The translations under genes and the position numbers were made by a program. Under the pieces are notes generated by a model. It ran no database searches. It saw only the letters and a list, made by a program, of their open reading frames with translations, and was not told the origin of the DNA. From Candidatus Omnitrophota bacterium (lineage in GTDB: Bacteria > Ratteibacteria > UBA8468 > B48-G9 > JAFGKM01): a DNA stretch of 64,000 bases. Numbering within the stretch: position 1 is the first letter of the stretch; each line of letters begins with the position of its first letter. This document shows positions 19,033 to 28,882 of this stretch, piece after piece. The stretch spans positions 2,509 through 66,508 of the forward strand of contig JAFGKM010000033.1 in NCBI GenBank assembly GCA_016928555.1, in the 5' to 3' direction.

Positions 19033-19191
19033 TTCCATCCGGACAGCGTCGTTAACTTCGTCGGAAGCCGCGTCAACATACATTAAGTATGTCTCCTTGC
19101 TTCCTCCTTGTTGCCTTGCTCTCCGGCGGACTTAAACCGTTATTGTTACAGGTAATAACTCATAACGGCTTAATTCCATCCGGACAGCGTC
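19016..19191 (+). repeat. 35-bp exact direct repeat (19016-19050 and 19157-19191) duplicating the gene 3' end, bracketing a structured element
   Basis: AACTCATAACGGCTTAATTCCATCCGGACAGCGTC occurs twice with 106 bp between; contains the TAA stop of 17089-19032. Confidence 0.9.
19052..19122. repeat. Structured intergenic element, related copy at 56150-56221
   Basis: TTAACTTCGTCG...ACATAC-ATTAA-GTATGT-CTCCTTGCTTCCTCCTTGTTGCC. Confidence 0.6.
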
Positions 19192-19351
19192 TCTAAATCC
19201 ACCCTAACCCTCCTTTACGAAAGTAGGGGACCTCTAAATCCACCCTAACCCTCCTTTACGAAAGTAGGGGACCTCTAAATCCACCCTAACCCTCCTTTAC
19301 GAAAGTAGGGGATTATTTCCCCCTTTGTAAAAGGGGGATTAAGGGGGATTT
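19191..19351 (+). repeat. Three tandem 41-bp copies of the left arm of a family A hairpin element, then its right arm
   Basis: CTCTAAATCCACCCTAACCCTCCTTTACGAAAGTAGGGGAC starts at 19191, 19232, 19273 with no spacers, followed by TTCCCCCTTTGTAAAAGGGGGATTAAGGGGGATTT. Confidence 0.9.
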
Positions 19352-19408
19352 ACGGGCTCACCGATTCGCCCTTAATGCTAAACGGTGCTCATTATTCTTC
19401 GCACCAGC

Positions 19409-19476
19409 ACCCCTCTTTTGTTAAAGGAGGGAAATATTGTATCCCCCCTTTGCAAAAGGGGGGCATGGGGGGATTT
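19409..19476. repeat. C-rich/G-rich hairpin repeat (family A)
   Basis: CCCTCTTTTGTTAAAGGAGGG...ATCCCCCCTTTGCAAAAGGGGGGCATGGGGGGATTT. Confidence 0.7.
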
Positions 19477-19522
19477 TCCTCTCGTTTCTGACTCTTTGCA
19501 GCCGTATTCTCCTCAGAAAACA

Positions 19523-19552
19523 TTGACGGATAAGGCCTGCCTGTGTTACAAT
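19523..19552 (+). promoter_or_regulatory. Promoter of DUF6922/AbiEii pair
   Basis: TTGACG-N18-TACAAT with extended -10 TG. Confidence 0.5.
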
Positions 19553-19591
19553 TCACATTGGTAAATAAGGTTGGGAATGTTCCTCTGCGGG

Positions 19592-19903
19592 ATGAAAAAA
19601 ATGAAGAAATTGCCGAGTTTTCTCAAAAAGTATTTTTGGGATGTTTCCTTTGAAAAAATAGACCTGCAGAAAAACAGGGAATATGTTTTGAAGCGCATTC
19701 TGGATTACGGCGACGAAAGAGCGGTCGCATGGATGTACAGGAATTTTAAAAAATCCGAAATAAAAAAGACTCTATCCGAATTCCGCGGATATTCCCAAAA
19801 AAGCGCCAATTACTGGGCTCTTATGCTCAATGTACCGAGGGAAGAGGTTTTATGTTTGAAAAAACGCTCATCAAAGGAGCAAAGGACGTTCTGGCCGCAT
19901 TAG
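19592..19903 (+). CDS. DUF6922-family protein (putative type IV TA antitoxin partner)
   Basis: FLKKYFWDVSFEKIDLQKNREYVLKRILDYGD..AV.W pattern, directly upstream of an AbiEii gene. Confidence 0.8.
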   Translation: MKKMKKLPSFLKKYFWDVSFEKIDLQKNREYVLKRILDYGDERAVAWMYRNFKKSEIKKTLSEFRGYSQKSANYWALMLNVPREEVLCLKKRSSKEQRTFWPH

Positions 19904-20478
19904 CCCGTTCGGGACTTCTGGAAAACGCATATCTGGCAGGAGGGACTGCGGCGGCGCTTCAGTTGGGCCACCGCATTTCAGTTAATTTTGATTTTTTCAC
20001 AAGGGAAGACTTCATTCCCAGGGTTTTTTCCTCCGAACTTTCAAAAGCGGGTTCATTCAGGGAAGAACAAGCAGGCAAAGGAACTGTTTTGGGAGAGTTT
20101 AACGGCATACGATTCAGTCTATTCCTATACAATTATCCCTTGCTTTTCCCTCCTGTAAAATATCTTTCTTTTGACATAGCCGACATTCGCGATATTGCCG
20201 CCATGAAGGTAGATGCCGTGGCCGCACGCGGAGTAAAGCGGGATTTTATTGATTTGTATTTTATATGCAAGGCAGGATACGGGCTGACTGAAATCAGGGG
20301 TTTTTACGATAAAAAATACGGTAAACTTGCTTCCAACCGCATACATATCCAGAAAAGCCTTGTGTTTTTTAACGATGCCGAGCCGGATGAAATGCCGGAG
20401 ATGCTGGAAAATATCCGGTGGGCGGACGTGAAAAATTTTTTTGAAACGGAAGTAAAAAAACTGGGAGTTCCTTTTTAA
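19852..20478 (+). CDS. Nucleotidyltransferase, AbiEii/AbiGii toxin family
   Basis: AYLAGGTAAALQLGHRIS.NFDFF, IAAMK..A...RG.KRDFIDLY motifs; first catalytic Asp is Asn. Confidence 0.85.
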   Translation: MFEKTLIKGAKDVLAALARSGLLENAYLAGGTAAALQLGHRISVNFDFFTREDFIPRVFSSELSKAGSFREEQAGKGTVLGEFNGIRFSLFLYNYPLLFPPVKYLSFDIADIRDIAAMKVDAVAARGVKRDFIDLYFICKAGYGLTEIRGFYDKKYGKLASNRIHIQKSLVFFNDAEPDEMPEMLENIRWADVKNFFETEVKKLGVPF

Positions 20479-20525
20479 CGGTTTTTATATAATTCGGCTG
20501 TTTTATTCCTTTCTGTGACCTCCTC

Positions 20526-20558
20526 TTGACAATATGTATATGTATAAGTATACTTATA
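20526..20558 (+). promoter_or_regulatory. TA promoter with palindromic operator over the -10
   Basis: TTGACA-N17-TATACT; perfect 16-bp palindrome TATAAGTATACTTATA at 20543-20558. Confidence 0.8.
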
Positions 20559-20579
20559 TAAAAAAGAGAGGCTATTAAA

Positions 20580-20810
20580 ATGGATAGAAAACTTACGCTT
20601 TTGATTGATGAAAAAGTTTGCAGAGAACTGCGGTTCCTGGTGCCGAAAAGGAAAATGAGCAAGTTTGTGGAAGAAGCCCTGAAAAAGAGAATTGAGCAGT
20701 TAAGGGAAGATGACCCTGTGGCAAAAGGGTTTCAAATGATGGGGAAAGACAGGCAGAGAGAAAAAGAGGCGGATGAATGGAGCGAGGCGGGTATAGCTGA
20801 GGAATTTTGA
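20580..20810 (+). CDS. Ribbon-helix-helix antitoxin (MazE/CopG-like)
   Basis: 76 aa, KLTLLIDE..MSKFVEEALK RHH pattern, acidic EADEW tail; TGATG overlap with toxin. Confidence 0.8.
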   Translation: MDRKLTLLIDEKVCRELRFLVPKRKMSKFVEEALKKRIEQLREDDPVAKGFQMMGKDRQREKEADEWSEAGIAEEF

Positions 20811-21138
20811 TGGAGATAAAGAGAAGCGACATTTTTTGGGTTAATCTTGAGCCGTCTGTAGGCGGGGAAGTAAAGAAAACCCGTCCTGCAGTTGTTGTTA
20901 GTACAGACAGGGCAAATCCCTACCTTAACAGGGTGGTTGTAGTCCCTCTTTCTTCCAGAACCGAAAAAGTATATCCTTCAGAGGTTAAAGTTTCCATGGA
21001 AGGCAAGGAGCATAAAGCAATGGCAGACCAGTTAAGGGTTGTTTCAAAAAAGAGGATGACGTCAAAGATAGGTGTTTTATCCTCGGAAGACATGAAAAAA
21101 ATAGAAGAGAAAATAAAACTGTTTTTGGAGCTGATATA

Positions 21139-21139
<1 letters not shown>
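20810..21139 (+). CDS. mazF: PemK/MazF family endoribonuclease toxin
   Basis: RSDIFWVNLEP.VG.E.KKTRPAVVVS, VVVPLSS, MADQLRVVSK.R; stop overlaps gltX start (TAATG). Confidence 0.9.
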
Positions 21140-23108
<1,969 letters not shown>

Positions 23109-23111
23109 TAA

Positions 23112-24509
23112 ATGATAAGATTCTATAACACCTTGACGAGGAATAAAGAGGAGTTCAAGCCCATCAAAGAAGGCAACGCCGGGCTTTACACATGCGGGCC
23201 TACCGTATATGACCTGGCGCACATAGGCAATTTCAGGGCGTATATCTTTGAAGACCTTCTGCACAGGTATCTTGAATACGGCGGGTATAAAGTGTTGAGG
23301 GTGATGAACATCACGGATGTTGACGACAAAACCATCGCCGGATGCGAGAAAGAGAGTGTGAGTTTAAAGGAATATACGGACAGGTATCTCACCGCTTTTC
23401 TTGAAGATATGGAGATACTGCGGCTGAAAAAGCCGGATTACCTGCCGAGAGCGACAGAACATATCCCCGAAATGGTATCCCTTGTAAAGAAACTGCTGGA
23501 CAAGGGATATGCGTACGAAAAGGACGGCGCGGTATATTTCAGCATAGCAAAATTTCCTTCTTACGGGAAGATGGCAGGGATAGACCTTTCCGAAATAAAG
23601 TCCGGGGCGAGGGTGGACGTCGACGAATACGAGAAAGAGGATGTGCGCGATTTCGCGTTATGGAAGGAAGAGAAAGAGAGCGTATTCTGGGATACGGAAC
23701 TGGGCAGGGGCAGGCCCGGTTGGCATATAGAGTGCTCTGCAATGAGTATGAAGTATCTCGGGGAGAGTTTTGACATACATACCGGAGGCGTTGACAATAT
23801 CTTCCCCCACCATGAAAACGAGATTGCCCAGAGTGAAGCGGCGACGGGAAAAAAGTTTGTGAACTACTGGATGCACTGCGCCCATCTTCTGGTGAACGGC
23901 GAGAAGATGTCAAAGTCCAAAGGCAATTTTTATACGCTGAGGGATATTTTGAAAAAGGGATACAACCCCGTTGCCGTAAGATACCTCCTGCTCTCCGCCC
24001 ATTACAGGGACCCGCTTAATTTTTCCGAGAAAGCGCTCAAGCAGGCGGAGAATACCGTGAGCAATTATAACGCATTTTACCAGTCCCTTGATTTCTGCAA
24101 ATCCGGCATAGGCAATAAAGAGATAAAAGCAGATATAGAGAAAGCAAGAAAAGATTTTACGGCCGGACTTTCCGACGACCTTAACATATCGGCCGCCCTT
24201 GCCGGAATTTTCAACCTTATAAAAACCGTAAACATAGCCGTTTCCGAAGGAACCCTCGGGCCTGAAGATGCAGGCGATATAAAGGGTTTTCTTGAGGAGA
24301 CAGACAATGTGCTGGTCATCCTGGATAAAGAGGAAAGAAAATTGTCCGGAGAACAGCAGAACCTGATAAAAGAAAGGGAGCAGGCAAGGAAAGACAAGGA
24401 CTTTAAGAAATCTGACGAGATAAGGGATGTTTTCAAATCGCAGGGCATTCTTCTTGAAGATACACTATACGGAACCCGCTGGAAAACCGTCAAAAAGGGT
24501 ATAAAGTGA
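23112..24509 (+). CDS. cysS: Cysteine--tRNA ligase
   Basis: YTCGPTVY...HIGN, GRPGWHIEC, HTGGVDNIFPHHENE, KMSKS. Confidence 0.97.
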   Translation: MIRFYNTLTRNKEEFKPIKEGNAGLYTCGPTVYDLAHIGNFRAYIFEDLLHRYLEYGGYKVLRVMNITDVDDKTIAGCEKESVSLKEYTDRYLTAFLEDMEILRLKKPDYLPRATEHIPEMVSLVKKLLDKGYAYEKDGAVYFSIAKFPSYGKMAGIDLSEIKSGARVDVDEYEKEDVRDFALWKEEKESVFWDTELGRGRPGWHIECSAMSMKYLGESFDIHTGGVDNIFPHHENEIAQSEAATGKKFVNYWMHCAHLLVNGEKMSKSKGNFYTLRDILKKGYNPVAVRYLLLSAHYRDPLNFSEKALKQAENTVSNYNAFYQSLDFCKSGIGNKEIKADIEKARKDFTAGLSDDLNISAALAGIFNLIKTVNIAVSEGTLGPEDAGDIKGFLEETDNVLVILDKEERKLSGEQQNLIKEREQARKDKDFKKSDEIRDVFKSQGILLEDTLYGTRWKTVKKGIK

Positions 24510-25012
24510 AACGGTACATTTCTAACTTCCTCCTTAATTTTTTCCCTCTCCGCCTGGGGGAGAGGGTCAGGGTGAGGGGGAAGGGCATTACCCTTCTTGA
24601 AATACTTGTGGTCATGGCGATTATCGCCGTTTTATCCGCCATTGCCACACCCGCATTGGGAAATGCAAGGCGACGCGCCATGTCGGTAAAGACAGAGTCT
24701 GTTATCGCATCCATTGAAGCGGCGCTATCCATGTACGGAACGGACTTCGGAGACTATCCCGCATTTGAAGGAGAAGGGACCGGGAGTCTTACTGAGCTTC
24801 TTCAGGGCCCCGTTGAAAGCAGGTTCTGGAAAGGCCCTTACATGAGATTTAAAACTGCGGATATTGACGGGGGAAATAACATCCTTGACGCTTGGAAAAC
24901 TCCTCTCTCTTACAGATATCCCCAGGATGGACATACAAATGTTCCTTATATAATTATCTCTGCCGGGCCTGACAGGGAGATGGGAACCGCCGATGATATC
25001 GGCAACTGGTGA
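24506..25012 (+). CDS. GspG-like pseudopilin with palindromic repeat inside its leader
   Basis: G|ITLLEILVVMAII; WKGPY, DAW.TP..Y, IISAGPD...GT.DDIGNW GspG C-terminal motifs. Confidence 0.85.
   Translation: MKRYISNFLLNFFPLRLGERVRVRGKGITLLEILVVMAIIAVLSAIATPALGNARRRAMSVKTESVIASIEAALSMYGTDFGDYPAFEGEGTGSLTELLQGPVESRFWKGPYMRFKTADIDGGNNILDAWKTPLSYRYPQDGHTNVPYIIISAGPDREMGTADDIGNW
24544..24580 (+). repeat. Family B hairpin element in frame in prepilin leader
   Basis: CCCTCTCC-GCCTGG-GGGAGAGGG-TCAGGGTGAGGGG translates as PLRLGERVRVRG; related to intergenic copies at 38459 and 39739. Confidence 0.75.
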
Positions 25013-25055
25013 AAATATCATTTGTGGGAAAGGTCTCCTGACCTTGATATTAGCC

Positions 25056-25115
25056 GGTAGCCGCAGGTCTTTAGCCTGCGAACCATGAAAGGTAGCCGCA
25101 GGTCTTTAGCCTGCG
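25056..25115 (+). repeat. Two tandem GTAG-type REP sequences
   Basis: GGTAGCCGCAGGTCTTTAGCCTGCG at 25056 and 25091 (GTAG foot plus CGCAGG/CCTGCG stem). Confidence 0.85.
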
Positions 25116-25152
25116 TCGGCATCAGGAGATGTCTCCCACGGGGAGTTTTATT

Positions 25153-26013
25153 ATGAAGAAAATCTACGGATGCTTACCGATGTTACTGCTTATCTCCTGC
25201 TGTTTTTTCACAGGGGACTTGTATCCGTCGCCGCTTTTTCCCACGGTTATCAATCCGCGTAACGCCGCAGGGAGAGAGACCTTCAGTTTTGCCGTTGTGG
25301 GGGACAGCCAGCCGTCCGGCGAAACGGGAAAACAGCCGGAGGTTTTCAAAAGGATAATAGAAGAGATAAATAAATCCGGCGCGGATTTCATGGTTCATCT
25401 CGGGGACAAGATATACGGAAGCAAAGATGTAAATGTAGTCAGGCGGCAATACGCTGAATATGGCGATGTTATCAAAAAACTGAAAATACCCGTGCATTAC
25501 GTTGTCGGAAATCACGAGATAAACGGCGTCAAAGAGAACGAGGAATTGCACAAGGAAAAATTCGGGACTCTTTATTTCTCTTTTGAGCACAAAAACTGCT
25601 TTTTCATCGTCCTCAACACCGAATTTGTCGGAAGCGAAGCAGCGGTAAAGGGGGAGCAGTTGTCATGGCTGAAGTCCGAACTTGAGAAGGGCAGGGGATG
25701 CAGGCACATATTTGTTTTTCTTCACAGGCCGCTGTTTTCAGTCCTTTTTGCTAAAAAGAACGATGCACAACAATTTTCCTCTAAAGAACACAGGGATTTG
25801 CTCGCGGGACTCTTCAATAAATATAACGTGAGCGCTGTTTTTGCCGGGCACGAGCACATTTTCCATTCAGAAAGGCATAACGGCCTTCTGCAAATTATAT
25901 CAGGCGGCGGAGGAGGCCCCTTTCATTTTGCCCCCGCTTTTCACCACTACCTCATCGTTGAAGTAACCGGCACAACCGCCGTTATCCGCCCCATTGTCGT
26001 AGGTAAGGAATGA
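25153..26013 (+). CDS. Exported calcineurin-like metallophosphoesterase
   Basis: GDSQ, HLGD, GNHE, FLHRP, AGHEH motifs; signal-like N-terminus; GGGAG RBS. Confidence 0.88.
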   Translation: MKKIYGCLPMLLLISCCFFTGDLYPSPLFPTVINPRNAAGRETFSFAVVGDSQPSGETGKQPEVFKRIIEEINKSGADFMVHLGDKIYGSKDVNVVRRQYAEYGDVIKKLKIPVHYVVGNHEINGVKENEELHKEKFGTLYFSFEHKNCFFIVLNTEFVGSEAAVKGEQLSWLKSELEKGRGCRHIFVFLHRPLFSVLFAKKNDAQQFSSKEHRDLLAGLFNKYNVSAVFAGHEHIFHSERHNGLLQIISGGGGGPFHFAPAFHHYLIVEVTGTTAVIRPIVVGKE

Positions 26014-26045
26014 TATTCTTAGTTACGAGATAAGGTAGAGATACC

Positions 26046-27713
26046 ATGAAAATAAAAGAAAAACTTGAATATTTGTATACCATGGGGCCGCGCGCTTCCG
26101 GAAGCTGGGAAGAGCTGAAAGCCGCTGAATATATCAGGGAAACGTTCATAAAAGCAGGAATTAACGCCCGGATAGAAACATTTGAAAGCCCCTCGCATCT
26201 TGCACTGCGTTCAACCTTGAAGGTTCCTGACAACGGCAGGGTCTTTACTTCATTGCCTACCCAGTTTTCGCCTGCCGGAAAGGCAATCGGGGAATTGATT
26301 TACCTTGGCGTTTTTGATACTCCGTTTATTGACAGGGCGGATTTAAAAGGCAAAATAGGGCTTATTATTCCTTCATCCGGCGCTTTTAATCACGGAGAGC
26401 GGATTGATTTTATTCTTGACCTGGAACAGAGGGGGCTTGCCGGGTTGATAGTGGGATGCCCCTCCATGGATTTGATAAACGCCAAGATTATCCGTTATCC
26501 TGAAATCAAAAAACTTCCGAGTGTTGCTGTTTCATGGAGGACAGGTTCCGAACTGAAGAGGCTGGAAGGAAAAGATGTTTACATGGAAGTGGAACATGAT
26601 AAACGCATGCGCAATGAATCGCAAAATGTCGTTGTAGAAATTCCGGGTGAGAGCGCATATTGGCTTACAGTTTCAGCCCATTACGATACGGCGGCGTTCT
26701 GTCCCGGAGCATCCGATGATGGCGGCGGCACTGCTGTCGTAATGGAACTGGCGGAAACTTTTGCAGGGAAAAAGCTTCCTGCCACACTCTATTTCGTATT
26801 TACCGGAAGCGAGGAGTATGGCGGTCTTGACATGGTCGGAGCGGGGAGCAAAGCGTTTTACAGGAAACATTCCGGCGAGATAGAGAATTGCATCGCTCAT
26901 ATAGACGTTGACGATATAGGGAATCTTCTCGGCTGCGTCCACCTTTACACGGCAGGGCCCGCATCTTTTATGAAAGCGTTGAAAGCGGTTCCTTCTCCTT
27001 TCAAATATGCCATAAAAAAGAAAACCATGCCCTCGTGCGACCATGGAGCGGCTGTCATGTTCGGGATACCTTATATCTGGCTTTCCGACCATTTCGAACA
27101 GCGTCCTCAGTTTCACACTCCCGAGGACAAGATTGAATATATGGATTTGGAGAAACTGGAATTATATTACAAATATATAACAGATGTTATCAAAAAATTC
27201 GTTTCCGCAAGGCCTTTTTACCCGTATGTAAAGGAAGGAGAAAAACTGATAAGGCCGGCATATTTCAAGGATATCCCCGATATCCTCAATATTACCAGAG
27301 ATGCCTTTGGCCCTGTGAGCATGAACAAGATGCAACAGGATTTTTTCAATGAGAAAATCGGCGGTAAAGAGTGGCATGAATATAAAAACGCCGCAGTAGA
27401 GGCTTCTTTGAAGGACGATATATACAATGCCGTTGTATGCGAGATTAACGGGAAAGTTGTAGGGTATGCCACGGTTTTTTATGATGCCGAAAGTGGGATT
27501 GCAAATATAGGGAATAACGCCGTTTATACCGATTGGCAAGGGAAAGGAATAGGAAAGGCGATGCAGGCTGAAATAAAAAGAAGGATGAAGGAAGAAGGAT
27601 ATGAAAAATTTGCCGTCACGACCCTTTCAAATGACATAGCCGCCCAGAAAATATATGAGAAACTGGGGTATTCAAAATATATAGAAGCCTTTCATTATTT
27701 GAAAGGTTTTTGA
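26046..27713 (+). CDS. M28 family aminopeptidase (PA domain) fused to C-terminal GNAT acetyltransferase
   Basis: SAHYD, GASDDGGG, GSEEYG, CDH, QFHTPED (M28); WQGKGIG and AQKIYEKLGY (GNAT). Confidence 0.8.
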   Translation: MKIKEKLEYLYTMGPRASGSWEELKAAEYIRETFIKAGINARIETFESPSHLALRSTLKVPDNGRVFTSLPTQFSPAGKAIGELIYLGVFDTPFIDRADLKGKIGLIIPSSGAFNHGERIDFILDLEQRGLAGLIVGCPSMDLINAKIIRYPEIKKLPSVAVSWRTGSELKRLEGKDVYMEVEHDKRMRNESQNVVVEIPGESAYWLTVSAHYDTAAFCPGASDDGGGTAVVMELAETFAGKKLPATLYFVFTGSEEYGGLDMVGAGSKAFYRKHSGEIENCIAHIDVDDIGNLLGCVHLYTAGPASFMKALKAVPSPFKYAIKKKTMPSCDHGAAVMFGIPYIWLSDHFEQRPQFHTPEDKIEYMDLEKLELYYKYITDVIKKFVSARPFYPYVKEGEKLIRPAYFKDIPDILNITRDAFGPVSMNKMQQDFFNEKIGGKEWHEYKNAAVEASLKDDIYNAVVCEINGKVVGYATVFYDAESGIANIGNNAVYTDWQGKGIGKAMQAEIKRRMKEEGYEKFAVTTLSNDIAAQKIYEKLGYSKYIEAFHYLKGF

Positions 27714-27805
27714 TGCAGGCGTTCTTTAGCGATCATGCTCTGCGGGGTGTTGCTTATTTCTTATTGAAGTAACCGGCAAAAATGTCATTATCCACTCCAT
27801 CCCAG

Positions 27806-28813
27806 TTAACTGACGGCGTTTATCAGGTTGTTTCTATCTGCGTTTATTGAGTCCAGCATTTGTATGAGGGCGTTGTCCAGCATTGCGGGTTTGTCGGAAT
27901 CCGGCATTTTTCGCATGGCGCGTATCCGGGCTCCCAGTATGACCTCTTTAATTGCGGAAGGCAGATTTTCCGCATCTGTCCGCGTAAATGTAAACTCTTT
28001 CCTGTAGGCATCCATGAAAACCTTTGTACCGGATAAATCCACTTTACAGGGTTGTACGAGAGACCGTATATCGCTTCCGTCAACAGGGGAATTCCTTGTG
28101 AAGCAGAAGAATACGATGCCTCTTGAAATATCATAGAGGGTATTTTGATAGGATGTCCAGTCAAAATCAAAGATTCCGCCCACATAGCCGTTTTTGAATT
28201 TGACGTTTGTGTTTGTGTAATCTCCGTGGACTATGCTGTGTGTCAGTTTTGCGGTGTTAAAATCCTTTATCAGCGCTTCAAGCTCTGCGTAAACTCTTTT
28301 TATTATATCTCTGTCCGCGAAAATTTCCGGCAGTCTTTTTACGTGGCTCTCGAGCTCGCTTTTCAAAAGAGAAGGGTGGAACTCCCTCCTCCAAGGTTTT
28401 TTCCCGTCAGGAGAGAAATTTTGAAGGGTTTTATGAATGCGTCCCAGCGTGGATGCGGCGTTTGCAATCTGATGTTTATCTCCGGGCGTGAAATCTTCCA
28501 GTCCCTCAACGAACTCAAAAAGTTCGTAAACATCTTCTCCGGAACGGAAGAATCGTTCTCCGCCGGAGGTTTTTTCCGGAAGGGCGACGGGAAAGCCGTT
28601 CTTTCTCAGAAACAGAATCACCGAATGGTCAAAACGGATAACGTCGGGGGGACAGAATTCCCTCCTCCGCTGTTTCAGCAGGTATTTTTCGGCAGGCGTT
28701 TGCACAATATATTTCGGTGCAGCCGTCCCCTCTCTGATGGGGTCAACTCTTGACACTTGACAAACCCATTGTTTCAAAATTGTTGAATAGGGCATAAGGG
28801 AAGAATTATTCAT
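27806..28813 (-). CDS. Aminoglycoside/homoserine kinase II-like phosphotransferase
   Basis: YLLKQR, IVHGDY...NV, IFDFDW. Confidence 0.8.
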   Translation of the reverse strand: MNNSSLMPYSTILKQWVCQVSRVDPIREGTAAPKYIVQTPAEKYLLKQRRREFCPPDVIRFDHSVILFLRKNGFPVALPEKTSGGERFFRSGEDVYELFEFVEGLEDFTPGDKHQIANAASTLGRIHKTLQNFSPDGKKPWRREFHPSLLKSELESHVKRLPEIFADRDIIKRVYAELEALIKDFNTAKLTHSIVHGDYTNTNVKFKNGYVGGIFDFDWTSYQNTLYDISRGIVFFCFTRNSPVDGSDIRSLVQPCKVDLSGTKVFMDAYRKEFTFTRTDAENLPSAIKEVILGARIRAMRKMPDSDKPAMLDNALIQMLDSINADRNNLINAVS

Positions 28814-28882
28814 TATTCTATTGAAAAAGATAAACGGTAAAAAGAATTTTAATAAATATATAAAAATGACGGAGAAAATTTG

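Noticed and set aside
19191-19312. CRISPR array
   Set aside because: 41-bp units are contiguous with no unique spacers and no cas genes nearby; it is a tandem repeat.
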